Shown: positions 36,314-45,333 of the stretch, in pieces
Position numbering within the stretch: the stretch's first letter is position 1
Layout: the number at the start of each line of letters is the position of its first letter
Source of the DNA: a virus
Taxonomy: Duplodnaviria > Caudoviricetes
DNA: 64,000 nucleotides
Reading direction: 5' to 3' (one strand)
Virus record (IMG/VR): IMGVR_UViG_2854727110_000001
Location: 4,279 to 68,278 of that record
Notes under the pieces: model-generated
What the model was told of the DNA's origin: nothing
The model's database searches: none
The model's input: only the letters and a program-made list of their open reading frames with translations
Program-made: the position numbers and the translations under genes

Positions 36314-36846
36314 GGGTGTTCCAATGTAGGTGGTGTGGTGACAGGCGCTGCTGCAGCGTCCCGCTGTTCAAATAAGAGTTGCGCGCACTCATCCATCAGC
36401 TCGGCCTGCGTGCCGTAGCGCGTTTCGAAGCGGGCCTTCCATGGATGAACCGCAATCAGGGTTTTATCTTCGCCGGTGCCGTCCTGGTGGTGACCGGCGC
36501 AAAGCGGCAGCACGAGCTGGTGGCAGCCAGGCTTCGTGCGGCCGTCGACGTGATGGATGCTGACGTGCGTATTGAAATTGCCGTCTTTCTTGCAGGCGAC
36601 GCAGCCCAGCGCGGCAAGGCGGGACCACAGCAATTTCTCGGCGGCCGTTACGGCGCGCTCTTTCGATTTCAAGCCGGCCTTGCGCTTCGGCGCCGTGCGC
36701 TGGTGCGACTGCAGGGAGAGCATGCCGGTGCTGGCCATGGGCGAGGCGCGCTTGAGCTTTGACACTTCGCGCACCTCGATGCACTCGCCACGGGCGAAGG
36801 CAGTGCGCTTGAGGCCGGCGCCTGGCTTCATGGGTGAGCGCTTCAT
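36310..36846 (-). CDS. Ref-family HNH nuclease (recombination enhancement-like)
   Basis: LGCVAC...IHHVDGR...HQLVLPLCAGHHQ...H...FE..YGT. Confidence 0.75.
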   Translation of the reverse strand: MKRSPMKPGAGLKRTAFARGECIEVREVSKLKRASPMASTGMLSLQSHQRTAPKRKAGLKSKERAVTAAEKLLWSRLAALGCVACKKDGNFNTHVSIHHVDGRTKPGCHQLVLPLCAGHHQDGTGEDKTLIAVHPWKARFETRYGTQAELMDECAQLLFEQRDAAAAPVTTPPTLEHP

Positions 36847-36903
36847 CGACGAGCCTCCCTGTCATCCGGTCGTGTTACGATTCCATTTTGCTTAGGAGGA
36901 GCC

Positions 36904-37230
36904 ATGCAAAATGAGCGAGATTCCTGTCGCGCTGATTGCGAGCGAAGGGGAATAGCCTGGGCGCGGGCAATTCTCCCAACTATGGTTGAGGGTGTATCCA
37001 AGACTGCTGTGCATGAATGGATCGAAGAAACGGATCGCGCAGAGAAAGCTGCTACCGATGCCCGGCAGTTCGCTCTTGCGGAGCGAAGCACTCGTGCGTC
37101 CGAAACGTCATCGCAGGCATCTGTCGAGTCTGCCAAGACCTCTGGCACCGCAGCTCGTGCTGCCATTTTCGCCGCCGCAGTTTCGTTCTTTGCGCTCGTG
37201 GTCGCGGTAGCGGCGTATTTCAAGCAGTAA
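36904..37230 (+). CDS. Counter-oriented accessory protein with C-terminal TM anchor
   Basis: AGGAGGA SD before ATG 36904; coiled region then AAIFAAAVSFFALVVAVAAYF. Confidence 0.65.
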   Translation: MQNERDSCRADCERRGIAWARAILPTMVEGVSKTAVHEWIEETDRAEKAATDARQFALAERSTRASETSSQASVESAKTSGTAARAAIFAAAVSFFALVVAVAAYFKQ

Positions 37231-37231
37231 C

Positions 37232-37351
37232 TCATCGCACCACCGCCAATCTCGCTGCGGCAATCCCGCGCGCCATGACGTTGTAGCGCGCAAAGCGGCT
37301 CGCGCTGTGGTCGCCGCCATCGTGGAGGGCGTAGGCCTTGAGTGCCCTCAC
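37232..37351 (-). pseudogene. Probable truncated gene remnant (39 aa)
   Basis: GTGA-coupled ORF MRALKAYALHDGGDHSASRFARYNVMARGIAAARLAVVR stops abruptly against the counter-oriented gene. Confidence 0.35.
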
Positions 37352-37779
37352 GATTGATCCTCCATCGCGCGCTTGATGCCAGCGCCATCAAGGCCTGCAG
37401 CCTTGCAGCCCAGGCGAGTAGCATGGAAGTAGGTCATTTCGTTGGCGGCGCGGCCAGCCGTGGCGAGGCCAGCGGCCACCAGGCGCTGCATGGCCTCGTG
37501 CGCCTGCCCACCGCCGGCGGCATAGTAGTTACGCCAGCCCCACTTGGATTTCGGGTATTGCTTCACGGCGCCCAGCATGTGCTGCAGCTTGGCGAGGTCG
37601 CCAGGCATGATGGCGTCGCGGACGGCCGCCAGCGCGCAGGCGGCGCATTTGCCGTGCTGGGATAGTTGCTTGGCGGTGCTGGCCTTGCCGCAGGCGCAGA
37701 ACTTGCGGATCAGCGAGAAGGCGGGCGCGGCCTGGTTTGCGATGTGGGCGCGATCATTTCTTGCTAGGTCGTACATCAT
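37348..37779 (-). CDS. Hypothetical phage protein
   Basis: LQHMLGA...WGWRNYY...LVAAGLA...F.AT..G. Confidence 0.6.
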   Translation of the reverse strand: MMYDLARNDRAHIANQAAPAFSLIRKFCACGKASTAKQLSQHGKCAACALAAVRDAIMPGDLAKLQHMLGAVKQYPKSKWGWRNYYAAGGGQAHEAMQRLVAAGLATAGRAANEMTYFHATRLGCKAAGLDGAGIKRAMEDQS

Positions 37780-37811
37780 GCTAAGATTCCTTTTTGATAA
37801 GGACTGGTGAT

Positions 37812-38090
37812 ATGCGAATTTCTCAAGAATGCGGACACGATGGCTGGGACATATACACAGCATGTCGCGAAGACAACCCAGAGAACTGGAAGCCAGGTGA
37901 CCCGATCAGATTTGCCGCACATGGCTTTGCTGAATTCGCACGCCCCCATCATTTCAGCGGCACTTGGTCCGATAAGAAACGCCAAAATCATCCGCTTAGT
38001 GGCGAGTTGCACTTTTACGAGTTCAATGAGGCGCACAATGCTATCGAAGCAAAATTGCGCGAAATGGTCGACATGCTTAAAGTGAAGTAA
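37812..38090 (+). CDS. Counter-oriented AT-rich hypothetical protein
   Basis: AAGGA upstream of ATG 37812; stop abuts the MTase stop. Confidence 0.55.
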   Translation: MRISQECGHDGWDIYTACREDNPENWKPGDPIRFAAHGFAEFARPHHFSGTWSDKKRQNHPLSGELHFYEFNEAHNAIEAKLREMVDMLKVK

Positions 38091-38092
38091 GG

Positions 38093-40441
38093 TCATGCTG
38101 CCCTCCCAGCAATCTCACGCTCATGAGCGAAGTTGGCGAGGATCAACGCCTTGGCCATGGGTGGGCAGACCGAATTGCCGCACATGCGTACTTGGGCCGA
38201 CTTCGTCAGTTTCAGGCCCTGGGCGGGGTCGTCGCCGATGATGTAATCGTCGGGGAAGCCCTGGGCCCGGAACAACTCGCGCGGCTGCAGCATGCGCAGG
38301 CCGATATCCACGATCTGATAGTCCTGGCCTTGAATCGTCACCAGACCGAACCTGTCTCGGCTCGTGACCGTATTGAGGGGATCGGTAAGGCTGTGCGTCT
38401 CGCTGGCGCCGTAGTAGGCCAGCAGGAACGAGCGCACCTCGGCGTGGTGCTGTCCGCCGGCGCTGACCGTGCCCAGCGGCTCGTCGGTACCGGCCGCCGT
38501 GCTGGTGCCGCGCAGCTTGATCATGTTGCTGGTGACCAGCGCCGACTTGCCGCCACCGCCGGCCGTGACCGTGCCAAGCGGCGCATCAACGGCGTGGCCG
38601 ACGCTGGCGCCCATGTCGCGCTGGATGTGTGCCGTGACGATGCCAAGCGCATGCGGTGCGCCAGCCGGGTTTTCTTTCGGCCCGGCTGTGATGGTCGGCA
38701 GCGGTGTGTTCATGTCGCTGCCGGTGGCGCCGGTGCGGAATTTGGTGATGTGCGCCGACACCATCGAGAAATGCCCGCCCTTGACCTGGGCGCAGATCGT
38801 GCGCAGAGGCGCGTCGGCCGGCATCACGCGCTGATTGCTCGCGTTGGCGTGCTCGGTCAAGAAAGCCGTCACCAGGCTGTGGTGGTCGCATGCGGTGACT
38901 GTGCCGATAGGATCGGTCAAGTCGGATCCGACGACGCCCGTGTAATGCTTGGCCAGGAATGCGGTTGCCACGGCCTTGTTGCCGCTGGCCGTCACTGTAC
39001 CCAGCGGCGCCTCGACGTCGTGCGCGCCGGTACCCCACCGCTTCACGCCGCTTGGCGATACTTCGCCGTGGGCGGCGTCGACCAGCACGGCCGTGACCAA
39101 CGCCGCGTCAGCCTTCGATGTTGCTGTTGCCGTCGGCTCGCCCACGCCGCGCGGGCGGCTCCGGCCAGCACGGCCGCCAACACCAGTCAGCAGTGCTGAT
39201 ACCAGAGCCTGGTTGCCGGCAGCGGTAATGGTCGGCACCGGCATGTCGGCGCCAGCGCCGGGATGTCCGGTGGTGTTGGTCATCACGAATGGCACAAGCT
39301 CGGCCTCGACCAGCGCATGCTTCGCGGCCCCGCCCACAACCGTGCCCAGCGGCTTCTCGATATCCAGAGCGCGCGGCGCCTGGCCCTCACGCTCCCCGTA
39401 TCCCACCTGCACCAGCGTCGCCACTCCCAGCGCCTTCTCGCCGCGGTGCGCGCCGGTGATGGTGCGGAATGGCTCGTCGATCGATTCCGTGCGATCGCCG
39501 CCCTGGTGCGTGACCGGGACGATGGTAGGCAGCACGACAGCGCGATGGTTTTCAGTGGTCAGTGTGCCGAATGGCTGGTTTGCCGACACAGGCTTGCCGC
39601 CGTACACCGGGCCGCCCTGGCCAACGATGAACGGATCCGCCGCGTCGACCACGTAGCGCATGATGCCCTTGGCGATGCGGCGCAGCGTGGCCGGCGCCAG
39701 CGGCCGGTCGCGCTCGAAGATCGACGGGCATGGCAGGCTGAAATCGATGCACTCGGCCGCCGTTCTGTACGGCCTCAGCTTGCCGGCGCGCACCCCGATG
39801 CTGTCCGGCGCGCCATGAGTTGGCTCCGGCCACTTGATGGTAATGCCGTCGCGGCGCGCCACCAGGAAGAAACGCTTGCGGATGGTTGGCGTGTCATGGT
39901 CGCAGCCGCGCATTTCGCGGTAGTCGACGGTGTAGCCGTGCGCGCGCAGCTGGCGAATGAAGCTGTCGAAGGTCTTGCCCTTCTTCGCCGGGTCAGGCTT
40001 CGCGCTGCCGTCGGCGGCGATCAGCAGCGGACCCCACGTTTTGAATTCCTCGACGTTCTCCAGCATGATCACGCGCGGCTTGCACTTCGCCGCCCAGCGC
40101 AACGTCACCCAGGCCAGACCGCGAATCTTCTTCTCGACCGGCTTGCCGCCCTTGGCCTTGCTGAAATGCTTGCAGTCGGGCGACAGCCAGACCAGGCCCA
40201 CCGGCCGGTTGTTTGTGACCTTGATCGGGTCGACGTCCCACACGCTTTCGCACAGATGCGTGGTATGCGGGTGGTTCGCCGCGTGCATGGCCAACGCCTC
40301 GGGGTCGTGGTTGATGGCGATATCGACCGGGCGGCCGAACGCCTGCTCCAGACCGGTGCTGGTTCCGCCACCACCGGCAAAATTATCTATTATCAATTCG
40401 CTACCAAGATCGAGCGACAAGGTGAAGAGGTCGCGCTTCAT
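38093..40441 (-). CDS. DNA (cytosine-5) methyltransferase with expanded repeat region
   Basis: DNFAGGGG (I), SPDCKHFS (IV), ENV (VI), RKRFF (VIII), LRML.PREL..AQGFP (IX), GNSV (X). Confidence 0.92.
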   Translation of the reverse strand: MKRDLFTLSLDLGSELIIDNFAGGGGTSTGLEQAFGRPVDIAINHDPEALAMHAANHPHTTHLCESVWDVDPIKVTNNRPVGLVWLSPDCKHFSKAKGGKPVEKKIRGLAWVTLRWAAKCKPRVIMLENVEEFKTWGPLLIAADGSAKPDPAKKGKTFDSFIRQLRAHGYTVDYREMRGCDHDTPTIRKRFFLVARRDGITIKWPEPTHGAPDSIGVRAGKLRPYRTAAECIDFSLPCPSIFERDRPLAPATLRRIAKGIMRYVVDAADPFIVGQGGPVYGGKPVSANQPFGTLTTENHRAVVLPTIVPVTHQGGDRTESIDEPFRTITGAHRGEKALGVATLVQVGYGEREGQAPRALDIEKPLGTVVGGAAKHALVEAELVPFVMTNTTGHPGAGADMPVPTITAAGNQALVSALLTGVGGRAGRSRPRGVGEPTATATSKADAALVTAVLVDAAHGEVSPSGVKRWGTGAHDVEAPLGTVTASGNKAVATAFLAKHYTGVVGSDLTDPIGTVTACDHHSLVTAFLTEHANASNQRVMPADAPLRTICAQVKGGHFSMVSAHITKFRTGATGSDMNTPLPTITAGPKENPAGAPHALGIVTAHIQRDMGASVGHAVDAPLGTVTAGGGGKSALVTSNMIKLRGTSTAAGTDEPLGTVSAGGQHHAEVRSFLLAYYGASETHSLTDPLNTVTSRDRFGLVTIQGQDYQIVDIGLRMLQPRELFRAQGFPDDYIIGDDPAQGLKLTKSAQVRMCGNSVCPPMAKALILANFAHEREIAGRAA

Positions 40442-40911
40442 GGGCGCACCTCGTCAGCCGGCCCGAACAGCGCCGCCACCAGCGGATCGCGCATCACCGA
40501 TTGGCGGTTGATGCGGACTGCGAAATGGGTATCGTCAGCCATGATATGGAAGCTGCGGCCTGGCAGTACAGGCAACGCGCGCACCGGCGACGCCGGGATG
40601 CGCGGCTGGTGCTTGTCTTGCTCGATCTGACCCAGGAACTCGCTCACGAGCAGCGGGTCGCTCACCAGGCGGTAGCGGGCCTTGCCCAAGTAGGTCGCTG
40701 TGCCGTCAGCGTAGCGCGCCAGCACCGCCACGCCAGCGGCGCGCAGGTCGGCAATGTATTTGCGTGCGCCGGATGGCGACATTTTCAGATGGGCGCAGAT
40801 ATCGTCGGCCTGCATTTCGCGGGCAGCGAGTTCTGCGACCAAGCTTTTGAGGTTGGCAGTGCGCTGCTCGGTCATGGTGGTGCAGCGAGTGCGCATGGCT
40901 GGGGCGGTCAT
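40438..40911 (-). CDS. Winged-HTH hypothetical protein
   Basis: ADDICAHLKMSPSGARKYIADL; C-terminal RDPLVAALFG. Confidence 0.55.
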   Translation of the reverse strand: MTAPAMRTRCTTMTEQRTANLKSLVAELAAREMQADDICAHLKMSPSGARKYIADLRAAGVAVLARYADGTATYLGKARYRLVSDPLLVSEFLGQIEQDKHQPRIPASPVRALPVLPGRSFHIMADDTHFAVRINRQSVMRDPLVAALFGPADEVRP

Positions 40912-40972
40912 GGATGCCCCGCAGTGAGGGTAATCAGTGCGCGCTGGCGCGCCGAATGAGTTGGTCGGCTAT

Positions 40973-41731
40973 TCACAAGGCCACCTCGCCCAGCACCGAG
41001 TCGCGCCATTTCACCTGCTGGATCGGTGCGCCGCTGCCGTGCGCCTTGCCCGTGTCGAACACCACAGCATGCGCGCGCCCTTTCGCCGTCGGTACCCAGT
41101 GGCCGGCAATCTGCTCTTGCAGGCCGGCCTGGGCCAGCAGCTGGTTGAAGTCCTTGGCGCTTTTGACAAAGCGGCGGCCCATTTCCGTGGGCGTGAAGCA
41201 GATATCCTGCTCGGGCGTGGCAAGGTGCGTGCGCTCCATCAGCTGCAGCATGTTGACGCCGGTCAGCGCCGCCGTGCCCTGGTTCGCACTGATTGCTGCG
41301 GCATTCTTGTCCAGGCCGATCAGGCGTGCGATGCCGAAGATGGCGCGGAACTCCTTGGCGGGTGAGATTACGCTTCGCGCTGGCGCGGCAGCTGGCGCCT
41401 GGGCAGTGACCAAGGCATCGAAGGTCCGGATCACTTGCAGGTGGAACTTCGCGCTGATCCACATGGCATAAGCGTAGACCAGTTCCTTGCACACGTAGGT
41501 GCCGCCATTGCGGCCCGGCGTGGTCACGGTCGTGAAACTCTGCTCCGGCGCAGAGTTTAATTCCGCCTCCAGGTCCTGGGTTTCTGGACGACGGAAGAAG
41601 AACGCAGGCTGGTGCCGGCTCTCGGCGCCGGCGGCTTTGTGCAGATCGTTGAGGCAAAAACGCCCCACGCTGTCGACCGCGATCAGCGTTTCGGCGATGG
41701 TGATGCCTTTATGTTGTACAATTGATGCCAT
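40973..41731 (-). CDS. KilA-N domain antirepressor-like protein
   Basis: GRFCLNDLHKAAG...HQP..F...GGTYVCKELVYAYAMWISAKFHLQVIRTFD. Confidence 0.85.
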   Translation of the reverse strand: MASIVQHKGITIAETLIAVDSVGRFCLNDLHKAAGAESRHQPAFFFRRPETQDLEAELNSAPEQSFTTVTTPGRNGGTYVCKELVYAYAMWISAKFHLQVIRTFDALVTAQAPAAAPARSVISPAKEFRAIFGIARLIGLDKNAAAISANQGTAALTGVNMLQLMERTHLATPEQDICFTPTEMGRRFVKSAKDFNQLLAQAGLQEQIAGHWVPTAKGRAHAVVFDTGKAHGSGAPIQQVKWRDSVLGEVAL

Positions 41732-41786
41732 AAATTCTTTCGCGAATTTGTTGTCTTAAGGAAGCCAGCCTGCCAGCTGGCTTTTT

Positions 41787-41975
41787 TCATTTCTGGCCCA
41801 GCAATTCGGCGAGCATTGCGCCGTAGTGCTCCCGTGCGCGGACATGGCAGGGGTCCGGGTCGTGCGGCCGCACGTAATCTGGATTCGGATCGACCTGGCC
41901 CTGCTGCGCGCCCTGCCCGGCCTGCCCGGCCTGCGCCGGCGCGCCACCTTCCGGCTGCAATGTCTTCCAGGTCAA
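41787..41975 (-). CDS. Small hypothetical protein
   Basis: Coupled to the upstream stop (TTGA). Confidence 0.4.
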   Translation of the reverse strand: MTWKTLQPEGGAPAQAGQAGQGAQQGQVDPNPDYVRPHDPDPCHVRAREHYGAMLAELLGQK

Positions 41976-42247
41976 ACCGCCACCTCTGGCGCGGCCGGCG
42001 TGGCAATGGCCTTCAATTCGCGGATCGCAATATCGGTCACTTCGTGCATGCGGATCAGCAACGTGGCGCCGACGGGCAGGCGGCCGCGGCGGATCTTGCC
42101 GATGACCGGCGGCGCCACTTCAAGCGCGCGCGATAACGCCGCATCGTTCTTCAGGCCCAGCTTCGCCATCACGGCGTCGAGCAGCTGGCAGTTGCCGGCG
42201 GCGTTGTCGAGCGCTTGGCTCGGGGAATGGATAGGGGTTTGCGACAT
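41972..42247 (-). CDS. HTH DNA-binding protein
   Basis: LLDAVMAKLGLKNDAALSRALEVAPPVIGKIRRG; AGGAG SD. Confidence 0.7.
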   Translation of the reverse strand: MSQTPIHSPSQALDNAAGNCQLLDAVMAKLGLKNDAALSRALEVAPPVIGKIRRGRLPVGATLLIRMHEVTDIAIRELKAIATPAAPEVAV

Positions 42248-42323
42248 GTCATGCTCCTGATTGATGGTGGATAAATCGGCCGCCAGGCGGCCGTGTGATG
42301 CTGTAGCTGTCGGGTGCAGCCAT

Positions 42324-42539
42324 TTACGGCGGTTCGCGGCGCGGCACTTCGTACTTCCGCGCCACCCTGTCTGTGGCATCGCGCCATTTCTGGCGCGCTT
42401 CCTTGTGTGCGGCCTTCGCCGCGCTCTCGCCCTCCCCGTCTCTGGCCACCTGCAGGTCTTTCTCTGCCTGGCGGTAAATCATCGAACGCTGGAAGACGAG
42501 TTCTTTTTCCTCGGCCGTGACCTCGGGTTGTTTATTCAA
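42324..42539 (-). CDS. Hypothetical protein
   Basis: GGAGG SD + TTG start. Confidence 0.5.
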   Translation of the reverse strand: MNKQPEVTAEEKELVFQRSMIYRQAEKDLQVARDGEGESAAKAAHKEARQKWRDATDRVARKYEVPRREPP

Positions 42540-42556
42540 TAGCCGCCTCCATGCCG

Positions 42557-42844
42557 TTAAACCCGGATCCGCATGCGGGGAACAACGCCGTAGCTCGGGC
42601 GCGGTGCCGGGCCAAAGTGGGCCCGGTTTTCCCGTGATTTGGGTCTAGCGCCGCCAGAAAACGGCGGCGTATCATTCCGTTTCGGCCGGGTGTCGTGGTG
42701 GTCGCGGATGATCACGATCGTGCATTCGTTCAGCACGTCACTGACGGATTTACCCTTGGCCACGCAGGCGGCTTGCAGTGCATCTTTGTGTTCATCGGTG
42801 ACATAGCCCTTGACGAGCGCGGTGCGTTTTTGTTTCAACTTCAT
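42557..42844 (-). CDS. Ribbon-helix-helix-like regulator (cII position)
   Basis: VKGYVTDEHKDALQAACVAKGKSVSDVL; AGGAG SD. Confidence 0.5.
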   Translation of the reverse strand: MKLKQKRTALVKGYVTDEHKDALQAACVAKGKSVSDVLNECTIVIIRDHHDTRPKRNDTPPFSGGARPKSRENRAHFGPAPRPSYGVVPRMRIRV

Positions 42845-43051
42845 GGTTTTCTCCTGGTGGTCGGTGTTACAGGGTTTGGGTACAGCGAAATTGCAGGGCG
42901 AGGCTCGGCGCGTGTTACGGCGGCCGGTCTTCTTCAAGCGCTTTCAGGCACTCATCGAACGGCACGCCGGGCGGCAGCTCGTGCAGTTCGAGTAGCGGGA
43001 TGCGCACGAGGTCTTCCGCCGGGCGCGGCGGGGAAATGAGGATCAGGCGGA

Positions 43052-43405
43052 TCATGGAATTGCTCTCGCGTCGATGCCAACAGCAGCGCGGTCTGGCACG
43101 GTGTCGAGAATGCCGTTCGTCGTGGGCGGCTGGCGGCCGGCGTGGCCTGGTGCTGGGACGGGATCGGTGGTGCGGTGGGCTTGGCGGCGCTTTTGCTCTC
43201 CGAATGTCGGGGGAAGCAACTCAAAGCGCGTGACAGCACCACCAACGGCAGCCTCAACGCTGGCGCATCGCTCCGTAGGTGGATGGCCCTTCTTAATCCA
43301 CTTGTAGACGGCCTGAAAGCTAACGCCGCAGGCGTCGGCTAAAGGGATTGCGCCGCCAGCTATCTGCACTGCGCGCTCAATTGGGGTGGGGTTTTTGGCG
43401 TCCAT
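43052..43405 (-). CDS. cro: Cro-like repressor
   Basis: GGAIPLADACGVSFQAVYKW..KG.PP.ERC..VE.A..G.VTR.EL; divergent from cI. Confidence 0.85.
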   Translation of the reverse strand: MDAKNPTPIERAVQIAGGAIPLADACGVSFQAVYKWIKKGHPPTERCASVEAAVGGAVTRFELLPPTFGEQKRRQAHRTTDPVPAPGHAGRQPPTTNGILDTVPDRAAVGIDARAIP

Positions 43406-43410
43406 GCGTA

Positions 43411-43482
43411 ATTAAACCACAGGTTGAAATTTAATTCAACCCCAGGTTGGTTGATCTTCAACCATATTCAACCGATGATTGA
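43411..43482. promoter_or_regulatory. OR operator region with PR
   Basis: TCAAC-N5-GTTGA-like sites at 43413-43427, 43436-43450 and 43468-43482; minus-strand TTGAAT-17-TTTAAT ending 5 nt before the cro ATG. Confidence 0.8.
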
Positions 43483-43485
43483 AAA

Positions 43486-44196
43486 ATGAACGCACCAGGA
43501 CAAACAATCAAATCAAGGCTCTCCGCGCTGGGAAAAACGCAGGGGTGGCTTGCCGAGCGAGCGGACGTTTCCCACAATGCGGTCTCGAAATGGATCAAAA
43601 CGGGGAAGATTTCGCGTGAAAATGCAATACTGGTCGCCCAAGCCTTATCTTGCAGTGTTGATGAGCTACTGCTTGGTGAGGGCGATGATTCAATTTCGAC
43701 GGCGAGGGCCGCCGAGCAACCGCGCTCAACCGCGGTAAATGAAAGTGGATTCGACCAGAATGCTAGGCCAATCCCACTCGGCACGCGGGCGATCCCGGTG
43801 ATCTCGGCCATACAGGCCGGGGCCATGAAGGAAATCACCGTCCCATATGCTGCTGGAGATGGTTACGCGACGATTTATGTAGATGACACCTATTCCCAAT
43901 GGGCCTTTGGCCTTGAGATCGATGGTGACTCGATGGTGCCGGATTACCAGCCAGGCGACATTGTGATCATCGAACCTGAATGGCAGCCCCGCCCCGGCGA
44001 TTGCGTTGCTGCAAGAAACGGCAAGCAGGAGGCGACATTCAAGAAATATCGACTGCGCGGCATCAATGCCGATGGCAACGACATATTTGAACTGGTCCCG
44101 ATCAATGAAGACTACCCAACTGTGCGCAGTGATGAGACGCCACTTACGATAATTGGCGTCATGGCGGAATCGCGTCGGAAGATAAAAAGGCGTTGA
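43486..44196 (+). CDS. cI: CI-like repressor (HTH + S24 autoprotease)
   Basis: TQGWLAERADVSHNAVSKW HTH; QAG cleavage site; GDSM and TFKKY catalytic motifs. Confidence 0.93.
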   Translation: MNAPGQTIKSRLSALGKTQGWLAERADVSHNAVSKWIKTGKISRENAILVAQALSCSVDELLLGEGDDSISTARAAEQPRSTAVNESGFDQNARPIPLGTRAIPVISAIQAGAMKEITVPYAAGDGYATIYVDDTYSQWAFGLEIDGDSMVPDYQPGDIVIIEPEWQPRPGDCVAARNGKQEATFKKYRLRGINADGNDIFELVPINEDYPTVRSDETPLTIIGVMAESRRKIKRR

Positions 44197-44289
44197 AAGC
44201 GAAACGGCACGCCCTTACGCGCCGAACACTAGGCTAAGTACATTCCTATAATCGATTTGGCGTAGCGAATAAATAAACCGGACCTCCGT

Positions 44290-44994
44290 ATGTATCGAAA
44301 ATTATTATTGCTATGCCTAACGTCGAGTTATTTTTTTTGCTCCTATGCGCATGCACAATATTCATCAGTGAGTCAAGATAGAGGATCTTTAGAAAAAACG
44401 AGGCAATTAGCACTGGAGGCCGACCTCGAAAAATTAATGGGACGGAGATTCTGGATTACCCCCAACCCCGCAGCGACAAGAAGAAAAGAATTTATCTCTG
44501 CCGAGGATGATGGCACGTTTGGCAGTGAAAAATTTGTAGTGACGGAAGCGACTAGTTTTACGATTAGCGCGTTTGTGCATAAGGGATATCAAGATTACGT
44601 AAAAATTACTTTCCCAGATGGAAAAATGGCGTATTTGGAGGAAAATATCTTATTTCGGAGCAACCGGAGAGAATACGGCATTTTTAAAGACTTGTATCGA
44701 CCAGGGGATACCAAATTCGATTTCATTGAGTACATACTTCCGGCATCTCCAGAGGAGTTGCGCATTGCGGAAAAAAAGGCCAAGGCTAAGGCAGCAAGTG
44801 CAGCCGCAGCATGGAAAGCTCGTGGCGGAGTGCGTATTGGAATGACTGCTAAGCAGGTTCGTGCATCCAACTGGGGTGGGCCGGAGAGCATCAATCGCAG
44901 CACTGGATCATACGGCACACATGAGCAGTGGGTTTATGGTGGCGGCAACTACATTTATTTTGAAAACGGCATCGTATCTTCAATTCAAAATTAG
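44290..44994 (+). CDS. Exported accessory protein with SmpA/BamE-like C-terminus
   Basis: Signal peptide (AHA|); IGMTAKQV...WG.P...EQWVY...YIYFENG.V; AT-rich. Confidence 0.7.
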   Translation: MYRKLLLLCLTSSYFFCSYAHAQYSSVSQDRGSLEKTRQLALEADLEKLMGRRFWITPNPAATRRKEFISAEDDGTFGSEKFVVTEATSFTISAFVHKGYQDYVKITFPDGKMAYLEENILFRSNRREYGIFKDLYRPGDTKFDFIEYILPASPEELRIAEKKAKAKAASAAAAWKARGGVRIGMTAKQVRASNWGGPESINRSTGSYGTHEQWVYGGGNYIYFENGIVSSIQN

Positions 44995-45080
44995 TAGCAT
45001 AAGAACTTCACCAACAGGCTGCAGCGTCACTTCGCTGACGGTGGGTGTGCGGCTCGTAGAATACATGACTTAGTGAAAAT

Positions 45081-45281
45081 ATGCGACCACTTGACGATAC
45101 CGCGCGCCTCACCCTCATCGCCGCCATCACGGTAGCCAACGACCATCACCAAGCCAACCCCAGCGCCTGGTCGCGGGACGGCTACTTGATGTGGCCTGAT
45201 TCGGTTTGCGGGAGTTGCGGCCGGGCTGGGCTGAGTGAGTCGCGGTGGTGCGGATGCTGCGGGAAATTAGTTGGCCAATAG
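45081..45281 (+). CDS. Small zinc-ribbon protein
   Basis: CGSCG...WCGCCG. Confidence 0.4.
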   Translation: MRPLDDTARLTLIAAITVANDHHQANPSAWSRDGYLMWPDSVCGSCGRAGLSESRWCGCCGKLVGQ

Positions 45282-45333
45282 ATGATCGGTTGACAGTGCT
45301 ATTGAAATACAAACCTCATACGCAATCTTTGGA

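Noticed and set aside
33647-36418. 923-aa plus-strand ORF
   Set aside because: Antisense shadow of the helicase-MTase gene; no motifs; typical of GC-rich coding DNA.
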